64,000 nucleotides of DNA from an uncultured Candidatus Rokubacteria bacterium (lineage in GTDB: Bacteria > Methylomirabilota > Methylomirabilia > Rokubacteriales > CSP1-6): assembly GCA_963771355.1 (NCBI GenBank), contig CAVYTA010000007.1, positions 576,001-640,000 of the forward strand, in the 5' to 3' direction. Numbering within the stretch: the stretch's first letter is position 1; every line of letters begins with the position of its first letter. This document shows positions 9,812 to 21,673 of this stretch, piece after piece. The notes beneath the pieces are model-generated. The model was not told where the DNA came from. It did no database searches and saw only the letters and a list, made by a program, of their open reading frames with translations. A program made the translations under genes and the position numbers.

Positions 9812-11294
9812 CCGGGGCCGACCGATTCTCGGTCTTCAAGATCGTCGGAACGCCCGACAGCACTCCCTGGAATTGCGTCAGGGGCGGGCCGACCCGGACA
9901 CCGGGGCCGAAGTGGATCTCCCGGATCGTGTTCTCGTGCCGGCCCGTCCGGTTCTTCATGACCGAGACGGCGCGCCGGACCTCGCCGGTGACCTCGAAAT
10001 ATCGGAAGAGCAGGACCGTATCGGCCAGATACGTGACGTCCACCGGGGTGGACATGCTGCTGCCGATGAGCCCGTGCTGGGCCATGAGCATCAGGGTCAC
10101 CACGCCGCGCTGGTTCAGATAGGTGAGCATCTCGTGGAGCTGCACGATGAGCGAGCGCTCCTCCGGCATGGAGGCGAGCAGCCCGTTCAGGCTGTCGATG
10201 ACCACCAGCCGCGCATCATCCCGCTCCACGCCCCGGCGCACGCCCTGGATGAACTCGCCGGGGGAGAGCTGGGCGGCGTCCACCTGCTGGAGGGTGATGC
10301 GACCCCCTTCCACGTGGGACCGCAAGGGGAGGCCGAGCGCATCCGAGCGAAGGAGAGAGGTGCCGTCCTGCTCGTCGAAGAGGTAGACCATCGCGTGGTG
10401 CCCGCGGCCGGCGGCGCTCGTCGCGTACTGGGTCGCCACGATGGACTTCCCGGCCCCGGCCGGGCCCATGAGGAGGACGCTCGTCCCCCGGACCAGGCCT
10501 CCGCCCAGCAGGACGTCGAGCTCGGGCACGCCGCTCTCGACGACTCCACCGTCGCGGAGCTGGCGATGCTCCGTCGCGACCATGCGGGGGAATACCCGCA
10601 TGCCGCCGGTGACGATCCGGAAATCGTGGTACCCACCGCGAAAATCGAGGCCGCGGAGCTTGGCGATGCGGAGCCGTCGCCGCTCGGCGCCGAACTCGGT
10701 GGCGAGCTGCTCGAGCCGGATCACCCCATGCGAGATGCTGTGGAGCTGGAGATCACTGCGGTCCGCCGTCTGGTCGTCGAGGAGCAGCACGGTGCACTGC
10801 CGGCCGCCGAAGAAATGCTTCAAGGCCAGGATCTGCCGCCGGTAGCGCAGCGGATCGCGTGCGAGCAGCCGAATCTCGGACAGGGAGTCGAACACGACGC
10901 GGGTGGGGTTGGTCCGCTCCACCTCCCGGAATACCGCGGCGGTGGTCTCGCCGAGCTCCACCTCGGAGGGATGGAGGATGGTGTACTCGTCGTCCGCGCG
11001 TGGAGATTCGGCCGGGGCCAGCTCATACAAAGCCACGTCGTCGAGCGACCAGCCGTGCGACTGGGCCACCGCGCGAAGCTCGTCGGCGCTCTCGGAGAGC
11101 GTGACGTACAGGCCGGGCTCGCCGAGGCGGGCGCCCTCGAGCAGGAACTGCAGCGCGAGCGTCGTTTTCCCGGTCCCGGGCTCTCCTTCGACGAGATAGA
11201 GCCGGTTCCCCGGCAATCCGCCCCGCAGGATGTCGTCCAGGCCCTCGATGCCGGTGGAGACGGGGGAAGGCTGGACCGGGGGATTGTTGGGCAT
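9795..11294 (-). CDS. KaiC-like double-domain ATPase
   Basis: STGIEGLDDILRGG; Walker A motifs GEPGTGKT and GPAGAGKS; two RecA-like domains. Confidence 0.9.
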   Translation of the reverse strand: MPNNPPVQPSPVSTGIEGLDDILRGGLPGNRLYLVEGEPGTGKTTLALQFLLEGARLGEPGLYVTLSESADELRAVAQSHGWSLDDVALYELAPAESPRADDEYTILHPSEVELGETTAAVFREVERTNPTRVVFDSLSEIRLLARDPLRYRRQILALKHFFGGRQCTVLLLDDQTADRSDLQLHSISHGVIRLEQLATEFGAERRRLRIAKLRGLDFRGGYHDFRIVTGGMRVFPRMVATEHRQLRDGGVVESGVPELDVLLGGGLVRGTSVLLMGPAGAGKSIVATQYATSAAGRGHHAMVYLFDEQDGTSLLRSDALGLPLRSHVEGGRITLQQVDAAQLSPGEFIQGVRRGVERDDARLVVIDSLNGLLASMPEERSLIVQLHEMLTYLNQRGVVTLMLMAQHGLIGSSMSTPVDVTYLADTVLLFRYFEVTGEVRRAVSVMKNRTGRHENTIREIHFGPGVRVGPPLTQFQGVLSGVPTILKTENRSAPDGPVK

Positions 11295-11321
11295 CGAGCT
11301 CAGGGGTGGGCGGGTCTCGGG

Positions 11322-13059
11322 CTAGAGCCGCTTGAGGGTCTTCTCATGCGCCTGCCAGATCGGCCGCGGCAGGCGGTCGCCGAAGGTCTTGTAGAACTCC
11401 CCCAGCTCGTCGAGCGCGCGCACCCAGTCTTCCTTGCCCACCCGCAGCGCCTCCGCCAGCCGGTCCGGCGGCATGTCCAGTCCGGACAGGTCGAGCCCGT
11501 CCGGAGTGGGCACATTGCCAATGGCGGTCTCGGTGGCCTGGCCCCCACCCTGGATGCGCTCGAGGATCCACTTCAGCACGCGGACGTTCTCGCTGTAGCC
11601 GGGCCAGAGGTACTTGCCGTCGGCGTCCCGACGGAACCAGTTCACGCGGAAGATCTTGGGCGGGTTCTTGAGCCGGGGCCCCATGGCGAGCCAGTGCTGC
11701 AGGTAGTCGGCCATGTTGTAGCCGCAGAAGGGGAGCATGGCCATGGGATCGCGCCGCACCACGCCCACCTCTCCGGTGATGGCGGCGGTCGTCTCGGTGC
11801 CCATGGCCGAGCCGAGGAAGACGCCGTGGTCCCAGTCGAAGGCCTCGAAGACCAGCGGCACCACCCGCCCGCGCCGCGAGCCGAAGATGAAGCCGGAGAT
11901 AGGCACGCCCTCGGGATCCTCCCAGTTGGGCGCGATGGACGGGCACTGCGACGCGAGCACGGTGAAGCGGGAATTGGGATGCGCGGCGGGTCCGCCCCCG
12001 GGCTGCCAGGCCTTGCCCTGCCAGTCGAGCGTTCCCGCCGGCGCCGGCTTGTCCATGCCCTCCCACCAGGGCTCGCGATCCGGCGTCATCGCGACATTGG
12101 TGAAGATGGTGTTGGAGCGCACCATGGTCATCCCGTTGGGATTGGTCTTGGGCGAGGTGTTCGGCGCCACCCCGAAGAAGCCCCGCTCGGGATTGACGGC
12201 GCGGAGCTGGCCCTGCTTGTCCACGTGGATCCAGGCGATGTCGTCGCCCACCGTCCAGCAGCGGTAGCCGGGCAGCCGCGAGATCACCATGGCGAGATTG
12301 GTCTTGCCGGACGCGCTCGGCATGGCGCCGGCGAGGTAGGTGACCTTGCCGGTCGGGTCCTCCACGCCGAGGATCAGCATGTGCTCGGCGAGCCAGCCCT
12401 CCTGGTGCGCCTGCGCGGAGGCGATGCGGAGGGCGTGGCACTTCTTGCCCAGCAGCGCGTTGCCGCCGTAGCCGGAGCCCACGCTCCAGATGAGCTTTTC
12501 CTCGGGGAAGTGGAGGATGAAGCGGCGGTCCGGGGAGAGATCGCCGAGGGAGTGAAGTCCCGGGACGAAGTCGTCGTCGGCGCGCATGTGCTCGAGGGCC
12601 ACCGCTCCCACCCGCGTCATGATGTGCATGCTCGCGGTGGCGTAGGCGCTGTCCGACACCATCAGGCCCACGCGGCTCATCGACGAGCCCGCGGGTCCCA
12701 TGAGGTAGGGGATGACGTACATGGTCCGCCCGCGCATGCTCCCGCGGAAGAGACCGCCCACGCGCCCCTTCGCCTCCGTCGGGGTCCATCCAGTTATTGG
12801 TCGGACCCGCGTCGTCCTTTTCACGCGAGCAGATGAACGTGAGCTGCTCGGTGCGGGCGACGTCGGTGGGATGGCTGCGGTGGAGATAACAGTTCGGGTA
12901 GGTCTTCTCGTTGAGCGGTACCAGCGTGCCGTCGGCGAGCATCTGCCCCACCAGCCGGTCGTACTCCGCCTTGGAGCCATCGCACCAGACGACGTCGGCG
13001 GGTTTGGTGAGGGCGGCTACCTCGTCCACCCACTTCTCGGCGACAGTCGTCATGGCCAT
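11322..13059 (-). CDS. pckG: Phosphoenolpyruvate carboxykinase (GTP) (apparent frameshift at ~12782)
   Basis: SGYGGNALLGKKC, PSASGKTNLAM, GDDIAW, AHPNSRF and RRDPMAMLPFCGYN motifs. Confidence 0.93.
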
Positions 13060-13161
13060 AGCGATGTCCTCGCGGCGTAGGGATGGAAGGCCAGAAGGCT
13101 ACGGCTCGGGCGCTACTCTAGCAGAAAAGCCCGCGCGAGGATTTCAAAGTCGCTTCTGGCC

Positions 13162-14529
<1,368 letters not shown>

Positions 14530-14543
14530 GGGCGATGTGCGAG

Positions 14544-14559
14544 TGCAACCGCCATGCCC
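14544..14559 (-). promoter_or_regulatory. sigma54 promoter for bEBP #1
   Basis: GGGCATGGCGGTTGCA (GG-N10-GC), just upstream of ATG 14529. Confidence 0.75.
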
Positions 14560-14796
14560 GGTCCCGCGCAGCCATTTGGCGCGGGTTTAGCGCAACTTAC
14601 AGCGAGAGGAAGGAAAGTCCCAGAACCTATTTACCGTGTAAATTTCGACCCAAAACGCCGCCACGATGGCTCGCGGCGTGTCGTCGGGTGGCTCGTCCGC
14701 CGAAGGAGTCGAGCACGGCGAAGAGCGCGCGCGCTCCTCGCCGTGCTCCGCATGCACCCACCGACCGCGGCCGGCGGGCGCTGATTGTCCCGAGTC

Positions 14797-15045
14797 CTAG
14801 CGCCGACGTGGCGGCGTGGAGGGGCGACTCTCGTCGGCGACGTCCCAGTCCGTCTCCTCGAGGAAGTCATCGAGCTCCTGCTCCGCCTGGTCCTTGGCGT
14901 AGCCGTAGCGCTCCTGGAGGAGGCCGGCCAGCTTCTCGAATCGGCCGGCGGACTTGTCCAGCTCGTCGTCGGTGAGCTCGCCCCACTTTTCCTTCACGGT
15001 GCCCTTGACCTTCTTCCACTTGCCTTCAAGGATGTCACGGTTCAT
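14797..15045 (-). CDS. CsbD family stress protein
   Basis: MNRDILEGKWKKVKGTVKEKWGELTDDEL...LQERYG; SD AAGGAGG. Confidence 0.93.
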   Translation of the reverse strand: MNRDILEGKWKKVKGTVKEKWGELTDDELDKSAGRFEKLAGLLQERYGYAKDQAEQELDDFLEETDWDVADESRPSTPPRRR

Positions 15046-15248
15046 AGCGCCCTCCTTGCTTGGGGAACGGGAGCAATATCCATGCAAGCCACTTCTTGCC
15101 GCGTAAGTGCGCGCCCGCTCGCGGATCGTGCGGACCGCGCCGGAGAAAGGCCGTCACATCGCGGGAGGGCGGGGGAGTCCCTACCGGGTAAAACGCCGTG
15201 ATTCTGTAAAACGCCGGGCGTCCATGAACGGTCGTCATCATGGCGGGA

Positions 15249-15264
15249 CGGTATTCAACTTGCA
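15249..15264 (+). promoter_or_regulatory. sigma54 promoter
   Basis: CGGTATTCAACTTGCA upstream of the gene at 15292. Confidence 0.65.
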
Positions 15265-15291
15265 CCATGGCGGAGGCGGGAGGACCAACAC

Positions 15292-15513
15292 ATGAAAGGG
15301 ATCACCATCGTCGGGGTGCTGCTCATCGTCCTGGGGGTCATCGCGCTCGGCTACGAGGGCATCACCTACACCACGCGCGAGAAGGTCCTCGACATCGGGC
15401 CGCTGAAGGCCAGCGTGGACAAGAAGAAGACCATCCCGCTCTCGCCGGCCCTGGGCGCGCTGGCGCTGGTCGGGGGGATCGTGCTGGTGGTGGTGGGCGC
15501 GCGGCGCGGGTAA
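15292..15513 (+). CDS. Small two-TM membrane protein (DUF3185-like)
   Basis: GVLLIVLG..TREKVLDIGPL..KTIPLSP; SD GGAGG. Confidence 0.8.
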   Translation: MKGITIVGVLLIVLGVIALGYEGITYTTREKVLDIGPLKASVDKKKTIPLSPALGALALVGGIVLVVVGARRG

Positions 15514-15525
15514 CTGCCGGTGCGC

Positions 15526-18156
15526 TCAGACCGGCCGGCCGGCGGCCGGAGCGCTGCCGGCGAGAAGCTGGACGAGCAGGGCGATCAGGGTGGCGGTGTT
15601 CACCGGCTTCGGCACGTGCAGGTCATAGCCGGCGTCGAGGATGCGCCGCCGGTCGTCCTCGCTCGCGTAGGCCGTCAAGGCCACGGCGCGGATGCGCCCG
15701 CCGCGCGTCGATTCGAGACGGCGCATGCGCTCGATGAGGCTGATGCCGTCCTCGCCCGGCATCCCGATGTCGGACACGAGCACGGCCGGCCAGCGCCGCG
15801 CCGCCTCCCCCATCGCCTCCGCCACCGAGGCGGCCGTGCTCACGTGGGCGCCCAGGCGGGCGAGGCTCACCGAGACCGCCTCGCGCGCGTCGGCATCGTC
15901 GTCGACCACGAGCACCGCGAGGTCCCGTAGCACCTCCCCCGCTGGTGCGGCGAGCTCCAGGCCCGCCGGACCCCGCCAGGGCCGCGTGCTCGCGGTGAGG
16001 GGCAGCATGACCGTGAAGGTGGTCCCCCGGGCCTCGCCGGGGCTTTCCGCCCGGATGGTGCCGTGGTGCAGCTCCACCAGCTGGCGCGCGATGGCCAGCC
16101 CCAGGCCGAGGCCGCCCTGCGGCCGGGTGGTGCTGCTGTCGCCCTGACGGAAGCGGTCGAAGATGTGTGGGAGGAGCGAGGGCGCGATGCCCTGACCCGA
16201 ATCGTGGACTTCCACCTCGGCGTCGGTGCCGCGCCGGCGGAGCCGGACCTCGATGCGCCCGCCCACCGGGGTGAACTTGAGCGCATTGGACAGGAGGTTC
16301 CACATCACCTGCTGCAGGCGGGTGGCGTCGCCGAGCACCGGCCCGACGTCCGGGTCGAGGGTCCTGACGACCGTGAGGTGCTTGGCCTCCGCGGTGGCCC
16401 GCACCGTTTCCACCGCGGACTCGATCACCGCCTGCAGCTCGATGGGGCCCAGCTCCAGGCGGAGCTTGCCCGACGCGATTCGCGAGATGTCGAGCAGGTC
16501 GTCGATGAGCTGCGCCTGGAGCGCGGCGTTGCGGTCGATGGTGTCGATCCCTCGCGCCAGCGTGTCCGGGTCCAATGGGCGCTGGCGGAGCACGCCGGCC
16601 CAGAGACGGAGCGCGTTGAGGGGCGTGCGCAGCTCATGGGACAAGGTGGCGAGGAACTCGTCCTTGGCCCGGTTGGCGCGCTCCGCGTCGCCGCGCGCAC
16701 GCTGCTCGCGCTCCAGTAGCTCCGAGCGCTCCGCCTCCGCCCGCTTCCGATCGGTGACGTCGAGGGCGACCAGGATGGCGAAGGGGGGCCGGCCGGTCTC
16801 CCGGATGGACGAGACCGATACGCTCGCCCACACCGACGTCCCGTCGGGACGGCGCAGCCGTACCTCGCGGGTCTGGTTGTGCCCGTGCTCCAGGGGGTCG
16901 GCGAGCAGGCGCCGCCCGTCCGCGGCGTCGTCCGGATGGATGAACTGCTCGAGTCGCGAGCCCAGCACCTGCTCGCGGGGGCGGCCCACCATGTCGCAGA
17001 GCCGGTCGTTGGCGAGGGTGAAGCCGCCCTCGAGGTCGAGCTGGGCGATGCCGGCGATGCTGCGGTCGATGATCGCGCTGAGGCGCTCCTCGCGGTCGCG
17101 CAGCGTTCGCTCTCCCTCCGCGCGCTGGAAGCCGGCGGTGAGGAGCGCGTCGGCCATGGAGTGGATCTCCTTCACCGGCGAGGGCGGATGGGTGGTCATC
17201 CGCCCCGAGCACAGGGCGTAGGCGGAGGCGGACAGCGCTTGCAGCGGACGCGTGATGCGCCGCCCCAGGATGGTGGCGGCTAGCCCGCTCAGGAGCAGGA
17301 AGCCCACGCCGCCCATCACCACCGCACCCAGCGAGCGCCAGAAGGGATACTCCACCACCGCGGTGGGAACGGCCACCACCACCGTCCAGCCCGCCGCCCC
17401 CGTGCGCGCGTTGGCGAAGTACACGGCGCGCCCCGTCGCGTCGGAGCCCTGGTGCCAGCCGGGCGCCTTCATGTCGCCCCCCGCGGTGACGGCCAGCGCC
17501 GAGCGCCGGCCGACCGCCTCGGCGTGTCCCGGATGCTGGGCGAGGATGCTGCCGTGCGCGTCGACCACCGAGGCCGACCATTCATCGGGATGCTTCTGCT
17601 CGGCAAGAATGTCCCGGAGCGAGCCCGGGGTGACGCTGGCGCTCAGGACGTAGAGGAGGGACACGTCGCGGAATACCGGCAACCGCACCATGTAGCTGCG
17701 ATCATCGGATCGCGGGCCGGCCATGAGTCCGCTCACCGCGGGGAAGCCGGACGACACCGCCCGCGTGAAGCTCTCGCGCTCCGTCACGGCCTCGGGCGAA
17801 TCCCCATAGGGAACGAGCGTGTTGAGGACGCGGCGGCCGTCGGGCTCGGCGAGCGTCACCGCCAGCCAGCCGCGCTGGGTCTCGAGGCGCCGGCGGGCAT
17901 CCGCATAGAAGAGCGAGAAGTCGCGGCGCTCGAGATTGCGCGAGGTGGCGAGGATCTTGAGGGTGCCGACGGTGTTGTTGAGCTCACGATCCACGGCGGC
18001 GGCGAGCCCACGCGCGGTGTCATGCAGCTCGCGCTCGACGGCGCCCCGGCGCTCGTCCGAGATGCTCAGCGCCAGCCAGCCGCTGAAGACCACGACGGGA
18101 AGGACGGCGGCGATCACCAGGATGAAGAGGTGGGCCCGGACGGAGAACCGCTTCAC
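15526..18156 (-). CDS. Membrane hybrid sensor kinase (Cache-like-HAMP-PAS-HisKA-HATPase-REC)
   Basis: Two TM segments, PAS (FIHPDD), FLATLSHELRTPL, NALKFT and C-terminal REC. Confidence 0.92.
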   Translation of the reverse strand: MKRFSVRAHLFILVIAAVLPVVVFSGWLALSISDERRGAVERELHDTARGLAAAVDRELNNTVGTLKILATSRNLERRDFSLFYADARRRLETQRGWLAVTLAEPDGRRVLNTLVPYGDSPEAVTERESFTRAVSSGFPAVSGLMAGPRSDDRSYMVRLPVFRDVSLLYVLSASVTPGSLRDILAEQKHPDEWSASVVDAHGSILAQHPGHAEAVGRRSALAVTAGGDMKAPGWHQGSDATGRAVYFANARTGAAGWTVVVAVPTAVVEYPFWRSLGAVVMGGVGFLLLSGLAATILGRRITRPLQALSASAYALCSGRMTTHPPSPVKEIHSMADALLTAGFQRAEGERTLRDREERLSAIIDRSIAGIAQLDLEGGFTLANDRLCDMVGRPREQVLGSRLEQFIHPDDAADGRRLLADPLEHGHNQTREVRLRRPDGTSVWASVSVSSIRETGRPPFAILVALDVTDRKRAEAERSELLEREQRARGDAERANRAKDEFLATLSHELRTPLNALRLWAGVLRQRPLDPDTLARGIDTIDRNAALQAQLIDDLLDISRIASGKLRLELGPIELQAVIESAVETVRATAEAKHLTVVRTLDPDVGPVLGDATRLQQVMWNLLSNALKFTPVGGRIEVRLRRRGTDAEVEVHDSGQGIAPSLLPHIFDRFRQGDSSTTRPQGGLGLGLAIARQLVELHHGTIRAESPGEARGTTFTVMLPLTASTRPWRGPAGLELAAPAGEVLRDLAVLVVDDDADAREAVSVSLARLGAHVSTAASVAEAMGEAARRWPAVLVSDIGMPGEDGISLIERMRRLESTRGGRIRAVALTAYASEDDRRRILDAGYDLHVPKPVNTATLIALLVQLLAGSAPAAGRPV

Positions 18157-18169
18157 AGGCGCGACGTCT

Positions 18170-18436
18170 TCACTTGGACGGGCGAGGCGCCTTCTTCTCG
18201 TCTCCGGGGGCGTTGTCGTCGATCCATTCCCGAGCCACCCGCACGCCCGTCGCCAGGGCGGCCGATTCGCTGGGGAACTCCGTGCCGTCCAGGTCGAGCG
18301 GGGTGGTGCTCACGCCGGTGGCGGTCTCATGCTGCACGGTCGCCACCGCCGCCCAGGCGCCGTCCGGACGCTGCTCGGTGGTGACCTCGATCTCGTACCC
18401 GGGAACGCCGGACGGCACGACGTGTCGCTGAATCAT
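18170..18436 (-). CDS. Hypothetical small protein (~88 aa)
   Basis: MIQRHVVPSG...; SD AGGAGG; lies between a sigma54 promoter and the kinase gene. Confidence 0.65.
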   Translation of the reverse strand: MIQRHVVPSGVPGYEIEVTTEQRPDGAWAAVATVQHETATGVSTTPLDLDGTEFPSESAALATGVRVAREWIDDNAPGDEKKAPRPSK

Positions 18437-18510
18437 TCGTGAACCCTCCTGGGCTGGACACGCGAGCTGGGCCCTGCTTGGTCCGCCTCTGTATAAAGGA
18501 ACCAATACTT

Positions 18511-18526
18511 TGCAAGCGGTGTGCCG
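18511..18526 (-). promoter_or_regulatory. sigma54 promoter
   Basis: CGGCACACCGCTTGCA. Confidence 0.85.
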
Positions 18527-18825
18527 CGAAGGTGCCCAGAAAGACGGCTGAAATGGTGCCTGGTTCTGCCGATTCGCGGGCCGGGTGCCTGACCCAGCCC
18601 CATTTTTTCCCAGGGCAGGGAATGCCTACCGTGTAGTTTCGGGGCCGCGCGCGTTGGTCCGACCCTGGCCCGACCCTTGCTCTCCGGACTGCCCGTGCAC
18701 GTCGCGCCCAGCTCGGGCCTGGCCTAGCCCAGGTTACTTCGAGGAGTCATCCACGGAGGCCCGCCCCGCCGAACGGCCGGGCGGGCGACTATCTACAGCC
18801 GGCTCGGGCTGGCGCGACGGGCTCG

Positions 18826-21346
18826 TCAGGGCAGAGCCTGATGCAAGGTCCAGTAGCGCGCCCAGGGATCGGCGCGCAGGGCCCCGAGGCGCCGTGGCAC
18901 GGTCTTCACCGTGTAGTGATCGGAGGGCAGGTCCGGCGCCAGCTCTTCCCAGGCGAGCGGGACCGAGACGGGGGCCTCCATCGTCGCGCGCGTGGAGAAT
19001 GCCGACACCGAGCTGGCGCCGCGCGTGTTCCGCAGGTAGTCGATGAAGATACGGCCCTTGCGCGCGGCCTTCGCCATGGTGGCGGTGAAGCGGTCGGGCT
19101 CGCTCCGGGCGATCGCGGTCGCCACCGCCCGGGTGAACTCGGTCACCTTCTCCCAGGACGAGGGCGCCAGCGGGACCACCACGTGGAGGCCCTTGCCCCC
19201 CGTGGTCTTCACGAAGCTCTCGAGCTTCACATCCCGCAGCGTGCGCCGGACCAGGCGCGCGGCGTCGAGCATCTGGGGCCAGCGCACTTCCGGGCCGGGA
19301 TCCAGGTCGAACACCGCGCGATCGGGCCGCTCGAGCTGCCGGGCCACCGCGTTCCAGGTGTGTATCTCGAGCACGCCCATCTGCACCAGCTCGATCAGCG
19401 CGGGCAGCGAGTCGGCGATGAGGAAGTCGCCGCCGCCGGCCTCCATGGTGATGCGCACACGCCGGAGAGCGGTGCCCGTGCCGGGGCGGGCATGGCGCTG
19501 GAAGAAGCACTTCGCGCCCACCCCTTCCGGGCAGCGCAGCAGCGTGGTGGGCCGGTCGGCGAGATGGGGCAGGATCCAGTCGGCCACCGCCTCGTAGTAA
19601 CGGGCGAGATCGCGCTTGGTCAGGCCGATCTCGGGATAGAGCACGCGGTCGGGGTGGGTGAGCTTCACGCCCGCGATGGTATCGGCCGCGCCGGAGGCGG
19701 CCGGAGGACGAGCGGCGGTGGTGCGGTGGCGCGCTCGCGAACGACCGCGCGGGCGGGCTTGTCCTCTCGTAAACCCTGGAACGAGGGATGGCGCATACGC
19801 CCATCGCCCGTCCACTCGGTGAAGGCGACTTCGCCGACGAGCTGGGGCTCCACCCAGTGGACTCGTTGAAAACGGGGCGCCGCGCCGAAGGGGCTGTCGC
19901 GCCGTCGGAGGCGCCGGAGGCGGGGGGCGAGCACGCGGAGGTCCGCGTCCGAGAAGCCCGTGCCGACCTTCCCCGCGTAGCGGAGCTGTGCGCCATCGCG
20001 CACCCCGACCAGGAGGGCGCCGAGCCCCACGCGCGCGCCGTCCGGCTCCGTGTAGCCGCCGATCACCACTTCCTGTCGCTTGAGACACTTGGTCTTGAGC
20101 CAGGTCATGCCGCGGCCGGAGGTGTACGGGGCGTCCCGCCGCTTGGACACCGCGCCCTCGAGGCCGAGCCCGCAGGCGCGGCGAAGGAACGCATCGCCGC
20201 CGCCCGTCACGTGTGCGGAGTAGCGCACGGGTCCGTCGGTCGCCTTCGCCTTCGAGAGGAGCGCCTCCAGGGCGGCCTTCCGGCTCTCGAGCGGCGCCCC
20301 GCGGAGATCGCGTCCGTCCAGATACAAGAGGTCGAAGGCCATGTAGACGAGCGTGCCGGCGTCTTGGCCTTCGCCCAGCCGTTGCTGCAGCGCTTGAAAG
20401 CTCGTGGTGCCGTCGGGCTTGAGCACCGCCACCTCGCCGTCCAGCAGGGCGGTGCGCGCGGGCAGGCGCGCAGCGGCGGTGGCGATGCCGGAGAAGCGGG
20501 CCGTCCAGTCCTTGTCGTTGCGGCTCAGCAGCCGGACGCCCCCCTGGTCGAGCCGGCAGAGAATACGATAGCCGTCGAACTTGATCTCGTGCAGCCACGC
20601 GTCACCCTCGGGCGCCTGGTCCACCAGCGTGGCGAGCTGCGGGGGCACGAAGCGCGGGAGCGCCGCGGACCGCGCGCCCGGGACCACACGAGGTGAGGGG
20701 GCCGCGACGCCGCGGGTCCGAGCGACGCGCTTGCGCCCTTCGCGTCGGGCCGGGCCGTTCTCGGAGGGCGCCGCGGCGGACGCGGCGGCGTCCTCACGCT
20801 CCTTGATCAGGAGCCAGGGCTCGCCTCGGCCCTCCTTGTCGCGCATGCGCACGAGCACCCAGCCGCCCCGCAGGCGCCGGCCATGGAGGACGAACTTGAG
20901 ATTGCCTTTGCGATATCCCTCGCGCGGGTCGCCCACCGGCGTCCAGGTGCCGCGATCCCAGATCTCGACCTTGCCGGCGCCGTACTCGCCGGCCGGGATC
21001 GTCCCCTTGAAGGTGGCGTACTCGAGGGGATGATCCTCGACGTGCATGGCGAGCCGCCTCACCTTGGGATCGAGGCTCGGGCCTTTCGGCACCGCCCAGC
21101 TCTTGAGCACGCCGTCCATCTCGAGACGGAAGTCGTAGTGAAGGCGGGAGGCGGCGTGCTTCTGAACGACGAAGATGGGGCCTCGCGCCTTTTTCTTGGA
21201 CCCCTTGACCTTCTTGGGGTCCCCTCGCGGGGCCCGTTGCCCGCGGCTCCGGCGTGGCCGCGAAGTCGCGCTTCCGATCGTACTCGGCGAGGCGAGAGCG
21301 GCGGCGCGCGGGCGCCTCAGACCGCGACGGCACCGGGATTGCCCAT
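18826..21346 (-). CDS. ligD: NHEJ DNA ligase D (phosphoesterase-ligase-polymerase; apparent frameshifts at ~21343?, ~21240 and ~19730)
   Basis: [57 protein letters not shown] and IFIDYLRN motifs; start position uncertain. Confidence 0.9.
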
Positions 21347-21592
21347 CGGCTCCTCAGGTACCGCCGCTCCGCTCGGGTAGATGTCGTCGGAGCCGTAGCG
21401 GAGTCGAGCGGGCACCGCGGCATCGTCCACCGCGCTGGCTCCGAATTCTTCGGGATGCTGATGCCTGAAGCAGGCCCGGATCATCTCGATGGCCGAGCGC
21501 GGTACTGGGGCAAAGCGGCCGGGTAAAATCTCACCGGCCGAAGTCACTTCCCTCTGATGGACCAGGTCCAGACGTAGAGACAATGTCGCCAT
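21317..21592 (-). CDS. Possible small hypothetical protein (91 aa) upstream of ligD
   Basis: ATG 21592 sits at the predicted start site of the sigma54 promoter at 21605-21620; no homology recognised. Confidence 0.35.
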   Translation of the reverse strand: MATLSLRLDLVHQREVTSAGEILPGRFAPVPRSAIEMIRACFRHQHPEEFGASAVDDAAVPARLRYGSDDIYPSGAAVPEEPMGNPGAVAV

Positions 21593-21604
21593 AACACGCC
21601 GTGA

Positions 21605-21620
21605 AGCAAGAGCGATGCCA
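21605..21620 (-). promoter_or_regulatory. sigma54 promoter (towards ligD)
   Basis: TGGCATCGCTCTTGCT. Confidence 0.85.
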
Positions 21621-21645
21621 GAGCCCGATCGTTCACCAAGTTTCG

Positions 21646-21661
21646 CGGCACGTCTCTTGCT
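21646..21661 (+). promoter_or_regulatory. sigma54 promoter (towards the kinase-DUF748-REC operon)
   Basis: CGGCACGTCTCTTGCT. Confidence 0.85.
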
Positions 21662-21673
21662 GCGGCTCTCATC

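Noticed and set aside
9795..11294. Circadian clock locus
   Set aside because: No kaiA or kaiB, a non-canonical phosphosite, and coupling to a hybrid kinase. Better read as a KaiC-like signalling ATPase.
9519..12836. Long antisense ORFs (e.g. 1105 aa here; also 60677..63832, 56179..58656, 29968..32700)
   Set aside because: Shadow frames of well-supported genes in high-GC DNA, with no recognisable motifs.
15072..15087. TTGCATGGATATTGCT upstream of the CsbD gene as a 19th sigma54 promoter
   Set aside because: Spacing and position fit, but the invariant GG is TG. Not counted; it may be degenerate or a base-call error.
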